Of a DNA stretch of 64,000 nucleotides, positions 49,100-58,748 are shown piece by piece; position 1 is the first letter of the stretch; each line of letters starts with the position of its first letter. Source of the DNA: Halobacteriales archaeon QS_8_69_73. GTDB taxonomy: Archaea; Halobacteriota; Halobacteria; Halobacteriales; Haloarculaceae. Below the pieces are notes generated by a model, which did not search any database, had not been told where the DNA came from, and saw only the letters and a list, made by a program, of their open reading frames with translations. Both the position numbers and the translations under genes were made by a program. The stretch spans positions 913-64,912 of the forward strand of contig PXRZ01000001.1 in NCBI GenBank assembly GCA_003022945.1. Reading direction: 5' to 3'.

Positions 49100-51097
49100 A
49101 TGGAGACGCGTCTCGCCGTCGACGTCGGGGGGACCTTCACGGACCTGGTCGCGGTCGTGGACGGGGCCGTTCACGTCGAGAAGGTCGCCTCGACGCCCGA
49201 GGAACCCGACAGGGCCGTCGTCGACGGCCTCGAGGCGGTCGCCGACCGCGCGCCGCCGGCGTCGGCCGACTACTTCGCCCACGGGACGACCGTCGCGACC
49301 AACGCCGTCCTCGAGCGGTCGTTCGCGGAGACGGCGCTGGTCACCACCGCCGGCTTCCGCGACGTCCTCGAGATCGGCCGCCAGGACCGGCCGGACATCT
49401 ACGAGCTGCACGGCTCGAAGCCCGACCCCGTGGTGCCGCGGGACCGCCGCTACGAGGTCGACGAGCGGGTCGACGCGCGCGGCGAGGTCGTCGAACCGCT
49501 GGACGGCGACGCCGTCGCGGCTCTCGCCGAGGAGATCGACGCCGACAGCGTCGCCGTCGCGCTGCTGTTCGCCTTCGAGAACCCCGACCACGAGGAGCGG
49601 GTCGGCGAGTCGCTCCGGGCGGCGGGCGTCGACAGTGTCTCGCTGTCGTCGTCGGTGCTGCCGGAGATCCGCGAGTACGAACGGACGCTGGCGACGGCGC
49701 TGAACGCCGCCCTCCGGCCGACGATGGACGGCTATCTCGGCCGGCTGGCGGCGGCGCTGGACGACGCCGACGTCGCGGCGCCGCTGCGGGTGATGGGGTC
49801 GGACGGCGGCGTCGTCCGGGCCACCGACGCCCGCGAGCGACCGGTCGAGACGCTGCTATCGGGGCCGGCCGCCGGCGTCCGCGGGGCTGCCCACGTCGCC
49901 GACCGCCTCGACCGCCCGGATGCGCTGACGATGGACATGGGTGGCACCTCCTGCGACGTCTCGCTCGTCACGGACGGCGAGCCGCTCGTGACGACGGAGG
50001 TGACCGTCGGCGACTACCCGGTGGCCGTGCCGACCGTCGACGTCCACACCGTCGGGGCGGGCGGTGGCTCGATCGCCCGGCTGGACGACGGCGGCGCGCT
50101 GCGGGTCGGCCCCGAGTCGGCCGGCGCCGACCCGGGGCCGGTCTGCTACGGCCGCGGCGGGACCGAGCCGACGGTGACCGACGCCCACTGCGTGCTCGGC
50201 CGCATCGACCCGGCGGCGTTCGCCGGCGACGTCGGCGGGGCCACTGAGGAGACGGCGGCGGCGCTGGAGTCGCTCGGCGACCGCCTCGGCGTCGGTCCCC
50301 GGGAGGCCGCCGCCGGTGTCGTCCGGGTCGCCGTCGCCGACACCGCGCGGGCGCTGCGGGTCGTCTCCGTCGAGCGCGGCCACGACCCCCGGGAGTTCTC
50401 GCTGGTCGCCTTTGGCGGCGCCGGCCCGCTGCACGCCGCCGCCGTCGCCGCCGAGGTGGGTGTCCCGGAGGTGCTCGTCCCCCGGGTGGCCGGCGTACTG
50501 TCGGCGTTCGGGCTGCTGGTCTCCGACGTCACCCACGAGACGGCCCGCTCGCGGGTCCGGCCCTGGGACGACGTCGACGCCGAGGACCTGGAGCGGCGGT
50601 TCCGCGAGTTCGAGCGAGCGGGCGCCGACCGGGTGCCCGACGACCTGCCGGTCGAACACGACCGCTTCCTCAACGTGCGCTACGCGGGCCAGTCGTTCGA
50701 CCTCCGGGTGCCGGCGCCGTCGCCGGTCGACGGGGCGGCCCTGTCGGCCGTCGCCGACCGGTTCCACGACCGCCACGCCGAGCGGTACGGCCACGCCGCC
50801 TCCGGGGAGCCGCTGGAGCTCGTCGCCGTCCGGATCCGGACCCGCGGCGTCGTCGAGCCGCCCGACCCGGCGCCGCCGGCCGACGGCGACGCCGACGACG
50901 CGGTCCGGGAGACGCGGACGGTACGGTTCGACGCCGACCGCGAGACGCCGGTCTACGACCGCGGGGCGCTCCCGCCGGGGGCGACGGTCGAGGGCCCGGC
51001 AATCGTCGAGGGCCCCGACGCCACGACGGTCGTCCGGCCGAGCGACGAGCTCGCGGTCGCCGACGACGGGACGCTCCGGATCGAGGTGGGACGATGA
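49100..51097 (+). CDS. Hydantoinase A / 5-oxoprolinase subunit
   Basis: DVGGTFTD, HGTTVATN, LSGPAAG, DMGGTSCD and GAGGGSIA. Confidence 0.92.
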   Translation: METRLAVDVGGTFTDLVAVVDGAVHVEKVASTPEEPDRAVVDGLEAVADRAPPASADYFAHGTTVATNAVLERSFAETALVTTAGFRDVLEIGRQDRPDIYELHGSKPDPVVPRDRRYEVDERVDARGEVVEPLDGDAVAALAEEIDADSVAVALLFAFENPDHEERVGESLRAAGVDSVSLSSSVLPEIREYERTLATALNAALRPTMDGYLGRLAAALDDADVAAPLRVMGSDGGVVRATDARERPVETLLSGPAAGVRGAAHVADRLDRPDALTMDMGGTSCDVSLVTDGEPLVTTEVTVGDYPVAVPTVDVHTVGAGGGSIARLDDGGALRVGPESAGADPGPVCYGRGGTEPTVTDAHCVLGRIDPAAFAGDVGGATEETAAALESLGDRLGVGPREAAAGVVRVAVADTARALRVVSVERGHDPREFSLVAFGGAGPLHAAAVAAEVGVPEVLVPRVAGVLSAFGLLVSDVTHETARSRVRPWDDVDAEDLERRFREFERAGADRVPDDLPVEHDRFLNVRYAGQSFDLRVPAPSPVDGAALSAVADRFHDRHAERYGHAASGEPLELVAVRIRTRGVVEPPDPAPPADGDADDAVRETRTVRFDADRETPVYDRGALPPGATVEGPAIVEGPDATTVVRPSDELAVADDGTLRIEVGR

Positions 51098-52600
51098 GCG
51101 ACGAGACGGTCGACCCGGTGACGCTGGAGGTGGTCCGCAACGGCTGTGCGGCGGTCTGCGAGGAGATGAACGCGACGCTGATCCGGACGAGCTACTCGCC
51201 CAACGTCACGGAGCGGCAGGACTGCTCCTGTGCGCTGTTCGACGTCGACGGCCGGCTGGCGGCGCAGGCGGAGACCCTGCCGGTCCACCTCGGGGCGATG
51301 CCGTTTTCGGTGGCGGCGGCGCTGGAGGCGCACCCGCCGGCGACGCTGGAGCCGGGCGACGCCGTGCTGTTGAACGACCCCTATGAGGGCGGCGCCCACC
51401 TGCCGGATCTGACGCTCGTGACGCCGGTCTTCGTCGACGACGATCTGGTCGCCTTCGCGGCCAACCGCGCCCACCACGCCGATGTCGGCGGCGCGACGGC
51501 CGGCAGCGTCGGCGCCGACGCCACGGAGATCTACGAGGAGGGGCTCCGGATCCCGCCGGTGAAGCTGCTGGCGGGCGGCGAGGAGCGGGCGGCCGTCTAC
51601 GACATCATCGAGCGGAACGTCCGGACGCCCGAGGAGCGCCGCGGCGACCTCCGGGCGCAGGTGGCCGCCAACGAGACCGGCGTCGAGCGGGCCCGGGAGC
51701 TGGTCGAGCGGTACGGCCGCTTCGAGGACGTCCTCGACGGGGACGGCCGCGGCGCCGAGGATCTGCCGGTCGTCGCGACGGTGACCATCGACGGCGACGC
51801 CGTGACGGTCGACTTCGCCGGAACGGCTTCTCAGGTCGACGGCCCGGTGAACGCCGTCTTCGCGGTGACGGCATCGGCGACGTACTACGCCGTCCGGGCG
51901 GTGACGGACCCGGACATCCCGCCGAACGCCGGCTGCTACCGACCGGTCGACGTCGAGACGCCGTCGGGGAGTCTCGTCGATCCGGAGCCGCCGGCGGCGG
52001 TCGTCGGCGGCAACCTCGAGACCTCACAGCGCGCGACCGACGTCGTCCTCGGGGCGTTCGCCGAGGCGGTCCCCGAGCGGGCCGTCGCCGCCGGCCAGGG
52101 GACGATGAACAACGTCACCTTCGGCGGGACCGACGACGGCGGCGACGGTGGCGACGCCTTCGCCTTCTACGAGACGCAGGCCGGCGGCTTCGGCGCGGGG
52201 TCGGGCGGCGACGGGATGGACGCCGTCCACGTCCACATGAGCAACACGCTCAACACGCCGGCGGAGGTGCTGGAGACGGCGTACCCGCTACGCGTGCGCC
52301 GGTACGAACTCCAGCCGGACACCGGCGGCGCCGGCCGGCACCGCGGTGGGCTCGGCCTTCGGCGGGACATCGAGGTTCTGATGGACGCGGTCTGTAGCCT
52401 GCTGGCGGACCGCCAGCGGCACGCGCCGTACGGGCTGGCGGGCGGGGAGACCGGCGCGACCGGCGCGACCTACCGGCTCGACGGCGACGACACTCGGCGA
52501 CTGGCCGCCAAGTCGACGCACGACCTCGAGGCGGGCGACGTCGTCAGCCTCCGGACGCCCGGCGGCGGCGGCTACGGCGACCCGACCGAGCGGGACGCCC
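51094..52600 (+). CDS. Hydantoinase B / 5-oxoprolinase subunit (internal deletion near 51720; true stop apparently lost)
   Basis: DCSCALFD, PVHLG, NDPYEGGAHLPD, HHADVGG and TPGGGGYGDP. The frame then reads through into the next gene to 52905. Confidence 0.85.
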
Positions 52601-52709
52601 CCGGCCGGCGACGGGCGAACAGCCGCCCTGCCCGAGCCCGGCGACGTGTTGCCGGTGTGGAGGTTCCGAACGGCCAAAGGTTATGCCGGGGGGCTGCGAC
52701 GGCACCTCC

Positions 52710-53171
52710 ATGCCGTACAGCTACGAGCCGCATCACTTCGAGGATCTGGCGGTCGGACAGACCTTCGAGAGCGCCGGCCGGACCATCACGGAGACGGACT
52801 TCCACATGCACTCGATGTTCACCGGCGACTGGACGGAGCTGCACACCAACGCGGAGTACGCCGAGGAGGGGCCGTTCGGCGCCCGCATCGCCCAGGGGCC
52901 GATGACGTTCATCGTCGCCACCGGCCTGTTCCAGCGGACCGGCATCGTCGAGCGGACCGTCGTCGCCTTTCTCGGGATGAACTACATGGACGTCCCGAAC
53001 CCGGTGTTCATCGGCGACACCCTCAGCGCCGTCTACGAGTGCGCCGAGAAGCGGGAACTCGACAGCCGGGACGACGCCGGCTACGTCGAAATCGACACCC
53101 GCATGACCAACCAGGACGACGAGTCGGTGTTCGAAGGTGATATGAAATTCCTATTCAAGCGCCGCGAGTAG
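52710..53171 (+). CDS. MaoC-family dehydratase
   Basis: GRTITETD...FTGDWTELHTNAEYA...RIAQG...PVFIGDT. Confidence 0.9.
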   Translation: MPYSYEPHHFEDLAVGQTFESAGRTITETDFHMHSMFTGDWTELHTNAEYAEEGPFGARIAQGPMTFIVATGLFQRTGIVERTVVAFLGMNYMDVPNPVFIGDTLSAVYECAEKRELDSRDDAGYVEIDTRMTNQDDESVFEGDMKFLFKRRE

Positions 53172-53819
53172 TCACTCCGAGTGGTCGGCGTCGAGATCGA
53201 GCCGGAGCCGTTCGACGTCGGCCAGTTGCCGGTCGTCGTCGGGCAGGTCGGCGGACTCGAGGGCGGTCGCGACCGCCTCGAGGTCCGATTCGAGGGCCGC
53301 GAGTCGGTCGCGGACGACCGCCGCGTCATCGTCCGTCGAGCCGTCCGATAGTCCGTCGGCCAGCCGCTCGGCGCGGCCGGCGATGGTCTCCAGTCGGCGG
53401 TCGACGGCCGACGGTGCGGGGTCCTCGGGCGGATGGGTGTCGACGCTCGGGGGATCGGCGACCTCGAGGCCGTCGGCGGCGGCATCGACGGCCACGACCG
53501 AGGGCGGCTCGACGCGGGCGTCTTCCGGCGAGCCGGACAGCTCCAGGCCGTAGCCGAACCGCGCGGACCCGCCGGCGACCGCGACGGTCGCGGTCACGCA
53601 GTCGGAGCCGACGCGGCCGGCCTCCAGGCTGTCGCGGTCCTCGAAGCCGGCCGCTGCCACCGGCAGCGCGCCGGGTAGCTCGTCGACGACCCGGACCCGG
53701 ACCGGGGCGGCGGCCCACAGTTCGAACGCCGCAAGCAGCCCCTCGCGACTTGGCTCGAGTCGCCGCTCGACGACGACCCCGTTCCGGGAGATGACGACCG
53801 ATTCCGGGGACAGTTCCAT
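53172..53819 (-). CDS. Hypothetical protein with a C-terminal coiled coil
   Basis: Acidic 215-aa ORF that fills the gap between convergent genes. Confidence 0.6.
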   Translation of the reverse strand: MELSPESVVISRNGVVVERRLEPSREGLLAAFELWAAAPVRVRVVDELPGALPVAAAGFEDRDSLEAGRVGSDCVTATVAVAGGSARFGYGLELSGSPEDARVEPPSVVAVDAAADGLEVADPPSVDTHPPEDPAPSAVDRRLETIAGRAERLADGLSDGSTDDDAAVVRDRLAALESDLEAVATALESADLPDDDRQLADVERLRLDLDADHSE

Positions 53820-53964
53820 CGACGATTGGGACCTTGGCCACGGGACAGTATAAACGCCCGCCGGTATCGACGGCTGAAACGGCGACGGCGCGGCCGTGGC
53901 CGCGGCCGCAGTCGCGGTCGCGGGCCGGGCGGGTTTTTGTGACCGCGGCGCAACGACCCCCCGT

Positions 53965-54834
53965 ATGCTGGACGTACTCGACGACGAGCCGCGCGCGGTC
54001 GATACCCACGCCCACCAGCCGACGGGCGTCTTCCTCGAGGACGCCGGCGGCGAGATGATGGCTGACGCCGCCGAAACGTTCGGCGCGACGCTGGAGACCA
54101 GCGACTACGGGGAGATGGTTGCCGAGTACCACGAGGCGGGCGTCGACCGGACGGTGCTGCTCGGCTGGGACGCCGAGACCAACACGGGCAACCCGCCGGT
54201 GCCGAACGACCACGTCGCGGAGGTGTGCGACGAGTACCCCGACTTTTTCGTCGGCTTCGGCTCCGTCGACCCGCTGAAGGACGATTGCATCGAGGAGGCC
54301 CGCCGCTGCGTCGAGGACCTGGACCTCTCGGGCTTTAAGTTCCAGCAGATCGCTCAGGGGTTCGCGCCGAACGACCCCGAGCACCGAGAGCTGTTCGACG
54401 TCATCGAGGACCTCGGTGTCCCGGTGGTGTTCCACGGCGGCAACTCGACGCTCGGGGCGGGCGCGCCCGGTGGCCGCGGCCTCCGGGTGAAGTACGGCGA
54501 CCCGATGCTGGTCGACGACGTCGCCGCCGAACATCCCGACCTGCAGATTCTGCTCGCGCACCCAGCATTCCCCTGGGAGAAACAGCAGCTCGCCATCTGC
54601 CAGCAGAAGGGCAACGTCTACATGGACCTCTCGGGGTGGCTGCCGCGCTACATCGACGACCAGGTGCTGCAGTACGCCGGCTCCATCCTGCAGGACAAGG
54701 TAATGTTCGGCACCGACTACCCGATGATCGAGCCCGAGGAGTGGCTCGAGGACTTCGCCGAACACACCGACTACCCGCCGGAGGTCCGACGGAAGCTACT
54801 GTGGGAAAACGCCGAGACGTTCCTCGATCTTTAG
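53965..54834 (+). CDS. Amidohydrolase_2 family protein
   Basis: DTHAH, GFGSVDP, VFHGG, LAHPAFPW and FGTDYP. Confidence 0.9.
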   Translation: MLDVLDDEPRAVDTHAHQPTGVFLEDAGGEMMADAAETFGATLETSDYGEMVAEYHEAGVDRTVLLGWDAETNTGNPPVPNDHVAEVCDEYPDFFVGFGSVDPLKDDCIEEARRCVEDLDLSGFKFQQIAQGFAPNDPEHRELFDVIEDLGVPVVFHGGNSTLGAGAPGGRGLRVKYGDPMLVDDVAAEHPDLQILLAHPAFPWEKQQLAICQQKGNVYMDLSGWLPRYIDDQVLQYAGSILQDKVMFGTDYPMIEPEEWLEDFAEHTDYPPEVRRKLLWENAETFLDL

Positions 54835-55463
54835 TCGAACACCTGCCGCAGCAGCGCGGCCTGCCCGCGTCGGAGCCGCTCCAGCAGCGCGGACTTCGAG
54901 AGGTCGAGTTCCGCCGCCACTTCCTCGGCGATGACCGCCTTCGGCACCTCGAAGTAACCCATCTCATAGGCGGTCTCGAGGGCCTCGGCCTGTGCCGGTG
55001 TCAGGTCCCAGCGGGAATCAACGCTGCCCTCGCCCTCGGCCCGGAGCGGCGAGACCCGCTCCAGTCGGACGCCGACGGCCTCGCCGGCGGCCGCCAGCAC
55101 GCCGTTCAGCACCTCCTGGCCGACGACGGCGCCGACATGCCGCTCGACGCCGTCTCGGTAGCCGACCGACTCCACCAGGAACCCCTCGTCGATGAGCCGG
55201 TGGACGACGCAGCGCGCCTTCGAGAGACACCGGTAGGTGTAGGCCTCGTCGGTCTCGGCGCGGTGGAGATAACGGACCCGGTCGTCGGCGTCGAGGGCCT
55301 CGCCGACGGCGACGGGCGCCGAGAACCGCAGCAGGGCGTAGCCGTCGCCCCGCCGCAGCGGCGGCGCCACCTCGATCGCCGTCTCCGTCGCCCGCGAGGC
55401 CTCCGCCAGCGGGCAGTCGTCGTCGGTGACGCGGAACTCGACGACCAGACACTCCGGTATCAC
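54831..55463 (-). CDS. Bat-like (HTH-10) regulator divergent from the paa operon
   Basis: LTPAQAEALETAYEMGYFEVPK...LSKSALLERLRRG. Confidence 0.87.
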   Translation of the reverse strand: MIPECLVVEFRVTDDDCPLAEASRATETAIEVAPPLRRGDGYALLRFSAPVAVGEALDADDRVRYLHRAETDEAYTYRCLSKARCVVHRLIDEGFLVESVGYRDGVERHVGAVVGQEVLNGVLAAAGEAVGVRLERVSPLRAEGEGSVDSRWDLTPAQAEALETAYEMGYFEVPKAVIAEEVAAELDLSKSALLERLRRGQAALLRQVFD

Positions 55464-55496
55464 GGCGGCGGTTCGGCCGCTCGACATATAAAACAG

Positions 55497-55535
55497 CCAC
55501 ATAGACGGGTAAATTCGTATGTGGGAGTGCCACAT
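55497..55535. promoter_or_regulatory. Three alternating CCACAT/ATGTGG half-sites in the paa promoter region
   Basis: CCACATA 55497-55503, TATGTGG 55518-55524 and CCACAT 55530-55535. Confidence 0.45.
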
Positions 55536-55550
55536 TAACGATCGATAACG

Positions 55551-56492
55551 ATGGATCTCGAAACGGTGAAAGAGCAGTCGGGGCCGCGGGAGTTCGGGCC
55601 CGCCGACGAGATGCCCCGGGAGTACAGGGAGGCGGCCACGCGGATGATCCAGTTCCACGCCAACAGCGAGATCATGGGCGCCTACATCGAGCGGCCGTTC
55701 ATCCGACAGGCGCCGTCGCTGGACCGGAAGCTGGCGGTCAGCGCGCAGGTCCAAGACGAGGTTGGCCACGGACAGCTGCTGTACCGCGCGGCCGAGGAGC
55801 TGGGGATCAAGACCCGCGAGGAGATGCTCGACGAGTTGGCGAGCGGCGAGGGGAAGTTCCTCAACTGCTTCCACTACCCGCTGGACGACTGGTACGAGCT
55901 GCCGATGATCATGTTCTTCGTCGACGGCGCGGCGATGCGGCGGCAGGCGACGCTGAAGCGCACGTCGTGGGAGCCGTACGCCCACGCCATCGACAAGATC
56001 TGCTTCGAGGAGGGGTTCCACATCAAACACGGCGAGGACATCCTCCGGACCATCGCGACCGGCTCCCGGCGGGACCGCCAGCGGCTCCAGGAGGCCTTCG
56101 AGAAGTGGTGGCCCCGCATTCTGCAGTTCTTCGGGCCGACCGACGACGACTCCACGCACGGCGGCTTCGCGACGGACGTCGGGCTGAAGACGATGAGCAA
56201 CGACGACCTTCGAAACGCGTTCCTCAACGCCTACGTCCCGAAGGCCGAGAAGTACGGCCTCGAACTGCCGGAGTACCCCCGCGTGGAGTACCACGCCGAC
56301 GACGACTACTACGAGGTCTACGAGGAGGACCTCGACTGGGAGGAGTTCTTCACCGTCGCGAAGAACGAGCACCCGACGGGCGCCGGCCAGATCGACAAGC
56401 GCCGCCGCACCCAGAAGGCCGTCGAGTGGGTGCGCGACGCCATCGAGTCCCCGGACACGACCGGCGTCAGCCCCGCCGCGGCCGACGATTGA
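55551..56492 (+). CDS. paaA: 1,2-phenylacetyl-CoA epoxidase subunit A
   Basis: HANSEIMG, QDEVGH and ICFEEGFH di-iron motifs. Confidence 0.95.
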   Translation: MDLETVKEQSGPREFGPADEMPREYREAATRMIQFHANSEIMGAYIERPFIRQAPSLDRKLAVSAQVQDEVGHGQLLYRAAEELGIKTREEMLDELASGEGKFLNCFHYPLDDWYELPMIMFFVDGAAMRRQATLKRTSWEPYAHAIDKICFEEGFHIKHGEDILRTIATGSRRDRQRLQEAFEKWWPRILQFFGPTDDDSTHGGFATDVGLKTMSNDDLRNAFLNAYVPKAEKYGLELPEYPRVEYHADDDYYEVYEEDLDWEEFFTVAKNEHPTGAGQIDKRRRTQKAVEWVRDAIESPDTTGVSPAAADD

Positions 56493-56494
56493 TC

Positions 56495-56824
56495 ATGAAG
56501 TGGGAAGTGTTCCGCCAGGACAAGAAGAAGGACTACCACACCCACGTCGGCAGCGTCCATGCGCCGGACGCCGAGATGGCGAAGCAGTACGCCCAGATCA
56601 TGCACGCCCGCCGGAAGCCGGCCAACAGCCTCTGGGTCGTCCCGAAAGGAGAGATCGCGGAGGTCCACGCCGACGACGCCGGCGTCGAGATGGGCGGCAC
56701 CACCCGGAAGGAGTACCGCTGGGCGACCAACTACAACACCAACGAGTCCTTCGCCGAGGAGATCGAGGCCAGCCAGCGCGAGCAGGAGGAAGCCGAGGAG
56801 GACCTCGCGGAGGCGGACCGATGA
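56495..56824 (+). CDS. paaB: 1,2-phenylacetyl-CoA epoxidase subunit B
   Basis: WEVFRQ...HVGSVHAPDAEMA...RR...LWVVP. Confidence 0.93.
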   Translation: MKWEVFRQDKKKDYHTHVGSVHAPDAEMAKQYAQIMHARRKPANSLWVVPKGEIAEVHADDAGVEMGGTTRKEYRWATNYNTNESFAEEIEASQREQEEAEEDLAEADR

Positions 56825-57660
56825 CGCTCGAGGGGCCCGGCGACCTGGACGACCGCGAGCGGGCGGCCGTCGAGGCGGAGCTGCGGTGTCTCGGCGACGA
56901 CGAGTTCGTCACCGCCGAGCGCTACACCGAGTGGCAGGTCCGCGGGCCGACGCTGGAGTCCGACATCGCCGTCGCCAACATCGCTCAGGACGAACTCGGC
57001 CACGCGCGGCTGTGGTACGACCTGCTGGAGGGGTTCGGCCACGATCAGGTCGACCTCATCTGGGAGCGCGACCCCGCGGAGTTCCGGCACGCCACGCTCG
57101 TCGAACGGCCGTACGAGGCCGGCGACTGGGCCGACCCCGTTCTCCGGGGTTACCTCTACGACACCTACGAGCGGCTCCGCGTCGAGGCGCTGTCGGAGTC
57201 GGCGTACGCGCCGATCGCCGACCGCGTCGAGAAGGCCCTCGGCGAGGAGGAGTACCACCGCGAGCACGCCCATAACTGGCTGGAGCGGCTCTGCGAGGAC
57301 GCCGAGGGCCGGCGCCGTGTGCAGGCGGCCCTCGACCGGCTGTTCCCGCACGCGCTGACGCTGTTCGCCCCGACCGATCGCGAGGAGGCCGTCGTCGACA
57401 CGGGCGTCCGGCCGGTGCCGCTGTCGGAACTGCGGCGGGAGTGGCGCAACGTCGTGACGCCGTTCCTCGGCAGCCTCGGGCTGGAGGTGCCCGTCGCCGA
57501 CCACGCGGAACTGCTGCCGGCGGCCCGCGGCCGCGACGGCGACCACACCGACGCCTGGGAATCGCTGTACAACGAGTTCACCTTCACCTACGAGCAGCTC
57601 GGCCGCGAGTCGGCGCCGGCGCTGATGCCGGAGCCCGGGGAGGCGGATGCCGATGTCTGA
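56821..57660 (+). CDS. paaC: 1,2-phenylacetyl-CoA epoxidase subunit C
   Basis: LGDDEF...GPTLESDIAVANIAQDELGHAR and EEEYH. Confidence 0.93.
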   Translation: MTLEGPGDLDDRERAAVEAELRCLGDDEFVTAERYTEWQVRGPTLESDIAVANIAQDELGHARLWYDLLEGFGHDQVDLIWERDPAEFRHATLVERPYEAGDWADPVLRGYLYDTYERLRVEALSESAYAPIADRVEKALGEEEYHREHAHNWLERLCEDAEGRRRVQAALDRLFPHALTLFAPTDREEAVVDTGVRPVPLSELRREWRNVVTPFLGSLGLEVPVADHAELLPAARGRDGDHTDAWESLYNEFTFTYEQLGRESAPALMPEPGEADADV

Positions 57661-58093
57661 GGACGGCCCCGTCGACCTCGGGGAGCCCGACGACCTCGAG
57701 GGCGGCCCGAGCTACTGCACCTACACCGACTACGACCACGGCGTCGCCGTCGAGGAGCTGCCGGCGACGGGCGCCGACGCCGACGGCCCGGAGGCGGCCG
57801 TCTTCGAGGAGCTACAGGGCGTCGAGGACCCCGAGATGCCCATCTCGGTGGTCGACTTGGGGCTCATCTACGGCGTGACCGTCGCGGACGGCCGCGCGAC
57901 GGTGACGATGACGCTCACCTACACCGGCTGTCCGGCCCGCGACTACCTCCAGGAGGACGTCCGGCAGGCGGCGGCCCGCGCCGACGGCGTCGAGGCGGCC
58001 GAGGTCGAGCTGGTGTGGAGTCCCGAGTGGAACCTCGAGATGGTGACCGACGCCGGCAAGGCCGACCTCCGGGAGTTCGGGGTATCGGTATGA
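57653..58093 (+). CDS. paaD: PaaD (DUF59 domain)
   Basis: VEDPEMPISVVDLGLIY...TLTYTGCPA...VWSPEW. Confidence 0.9.
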   Translation: MSEDGPVDLGEPDDLEGGPSYCTYTDYDHGVAVEELPATGADADGPEAAVFEELQGVEDPEMPISVVDLGLIYGVTVADGRATVTMTLTYTGCPARDYLQEDVRQAAARADGVEAAEVELVWSPEWNLEMVTDAGKADLREFGVSV

Positions 58094-58197
58094 GGAACCG
58101 CCCGGACCCCTCGACGGAGGCCGGCGACGACGACGCCGCCAAGTGTCCGTACTGCGGGTCGACGGACACCGACCGCGAGCACCCAACGGCCGTTTGA
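58090..58197 (+). CDS. Small paa-operon Zn-ribbon protein, 3'-truncated
   Basis: MRNRPDPSTEAGDDDAAKCPYCGSTDTDREHP followed by an early stop; the second Cys pair is missing. Confidence 0.6.
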   Translation: MRNRPDPSTEAGDDDAAKCPYCGSTDTDREHPTAV

Positions 58198-58238
58198 CCC
58201 ACCTGAAGGCCTTTACTACGCAAGCGATAGCGATGGCT

Positions 58239-58742
58239 ATGCGACGCCGCAGTCTGCTGGCCGCCGTCGGGACGACGAGCGCCGTGCTTGCCGGGTGTTC
58301 CGCCGGAAGCGAGTCCCCGTCGTCGGCCGAGACACTGGAGCCGTGTACGGCGGCGCGCCCGGACCCGGTCGACCCTGACGGCGAGATGGAGCCCCGCGAG
58401 TACCCCGAGCGACCCGACGAGCGGACCGCGGAGAGCGTCGGGCCGTTTCTCGAGGCGTTCGAGGGCACGTACCGACAGCACGAGATTCTCGCCGCGGAGA
58501 CGACGGCCTACGGTCACAGCGCTTCCATCGAGGGGGTACAGCAGCGCGACGACGGCTACCGCGTCGAGTTGGAGACCAGCTACTACTACAAGGAGGAGAC
58601 CGACCGTGGAACGGTCCACGCCGACAGTCCGCTGTACCGGGTCGTCTATCTCGTGGCCGACGACCGGCTCCGCCGCGCGGAGGGGAGCGCCTACGGGTCG
58701 ACACCAGACCCTGCCGACGGCGAGACGGTCGCCTGTCGGTGA
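58239..58742 (+). CDS. Tat lipoprotein
   Basis: MRRRSLLAAVG...VLAGC. Confidence 0.8.
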   Translation: MRRRSLLAAVGTTSAVLAGCSAGSESPSSAETLEPCTAARPDPVDPDGEMEPREYPERPDERTAESVGPFLEAFEGTYRQHEILAAETTAYGHSASIEGVQQRDDGYRVELETSYYYKEETDRGTVHADSPLYRVVYLVADDRLRRAEGSAYGSTPDPADGETVACR

Positions 58743-58748
58743 CCGGAG

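Noticed and set aside
51094-52905. Hydantoinase B C-terminal extension overlapping the MaoC gene
   Set aside because: The sequence after GDPTERD is non-acidic and overlaps a clear gene in another frame, which is consistent with a lost stop.
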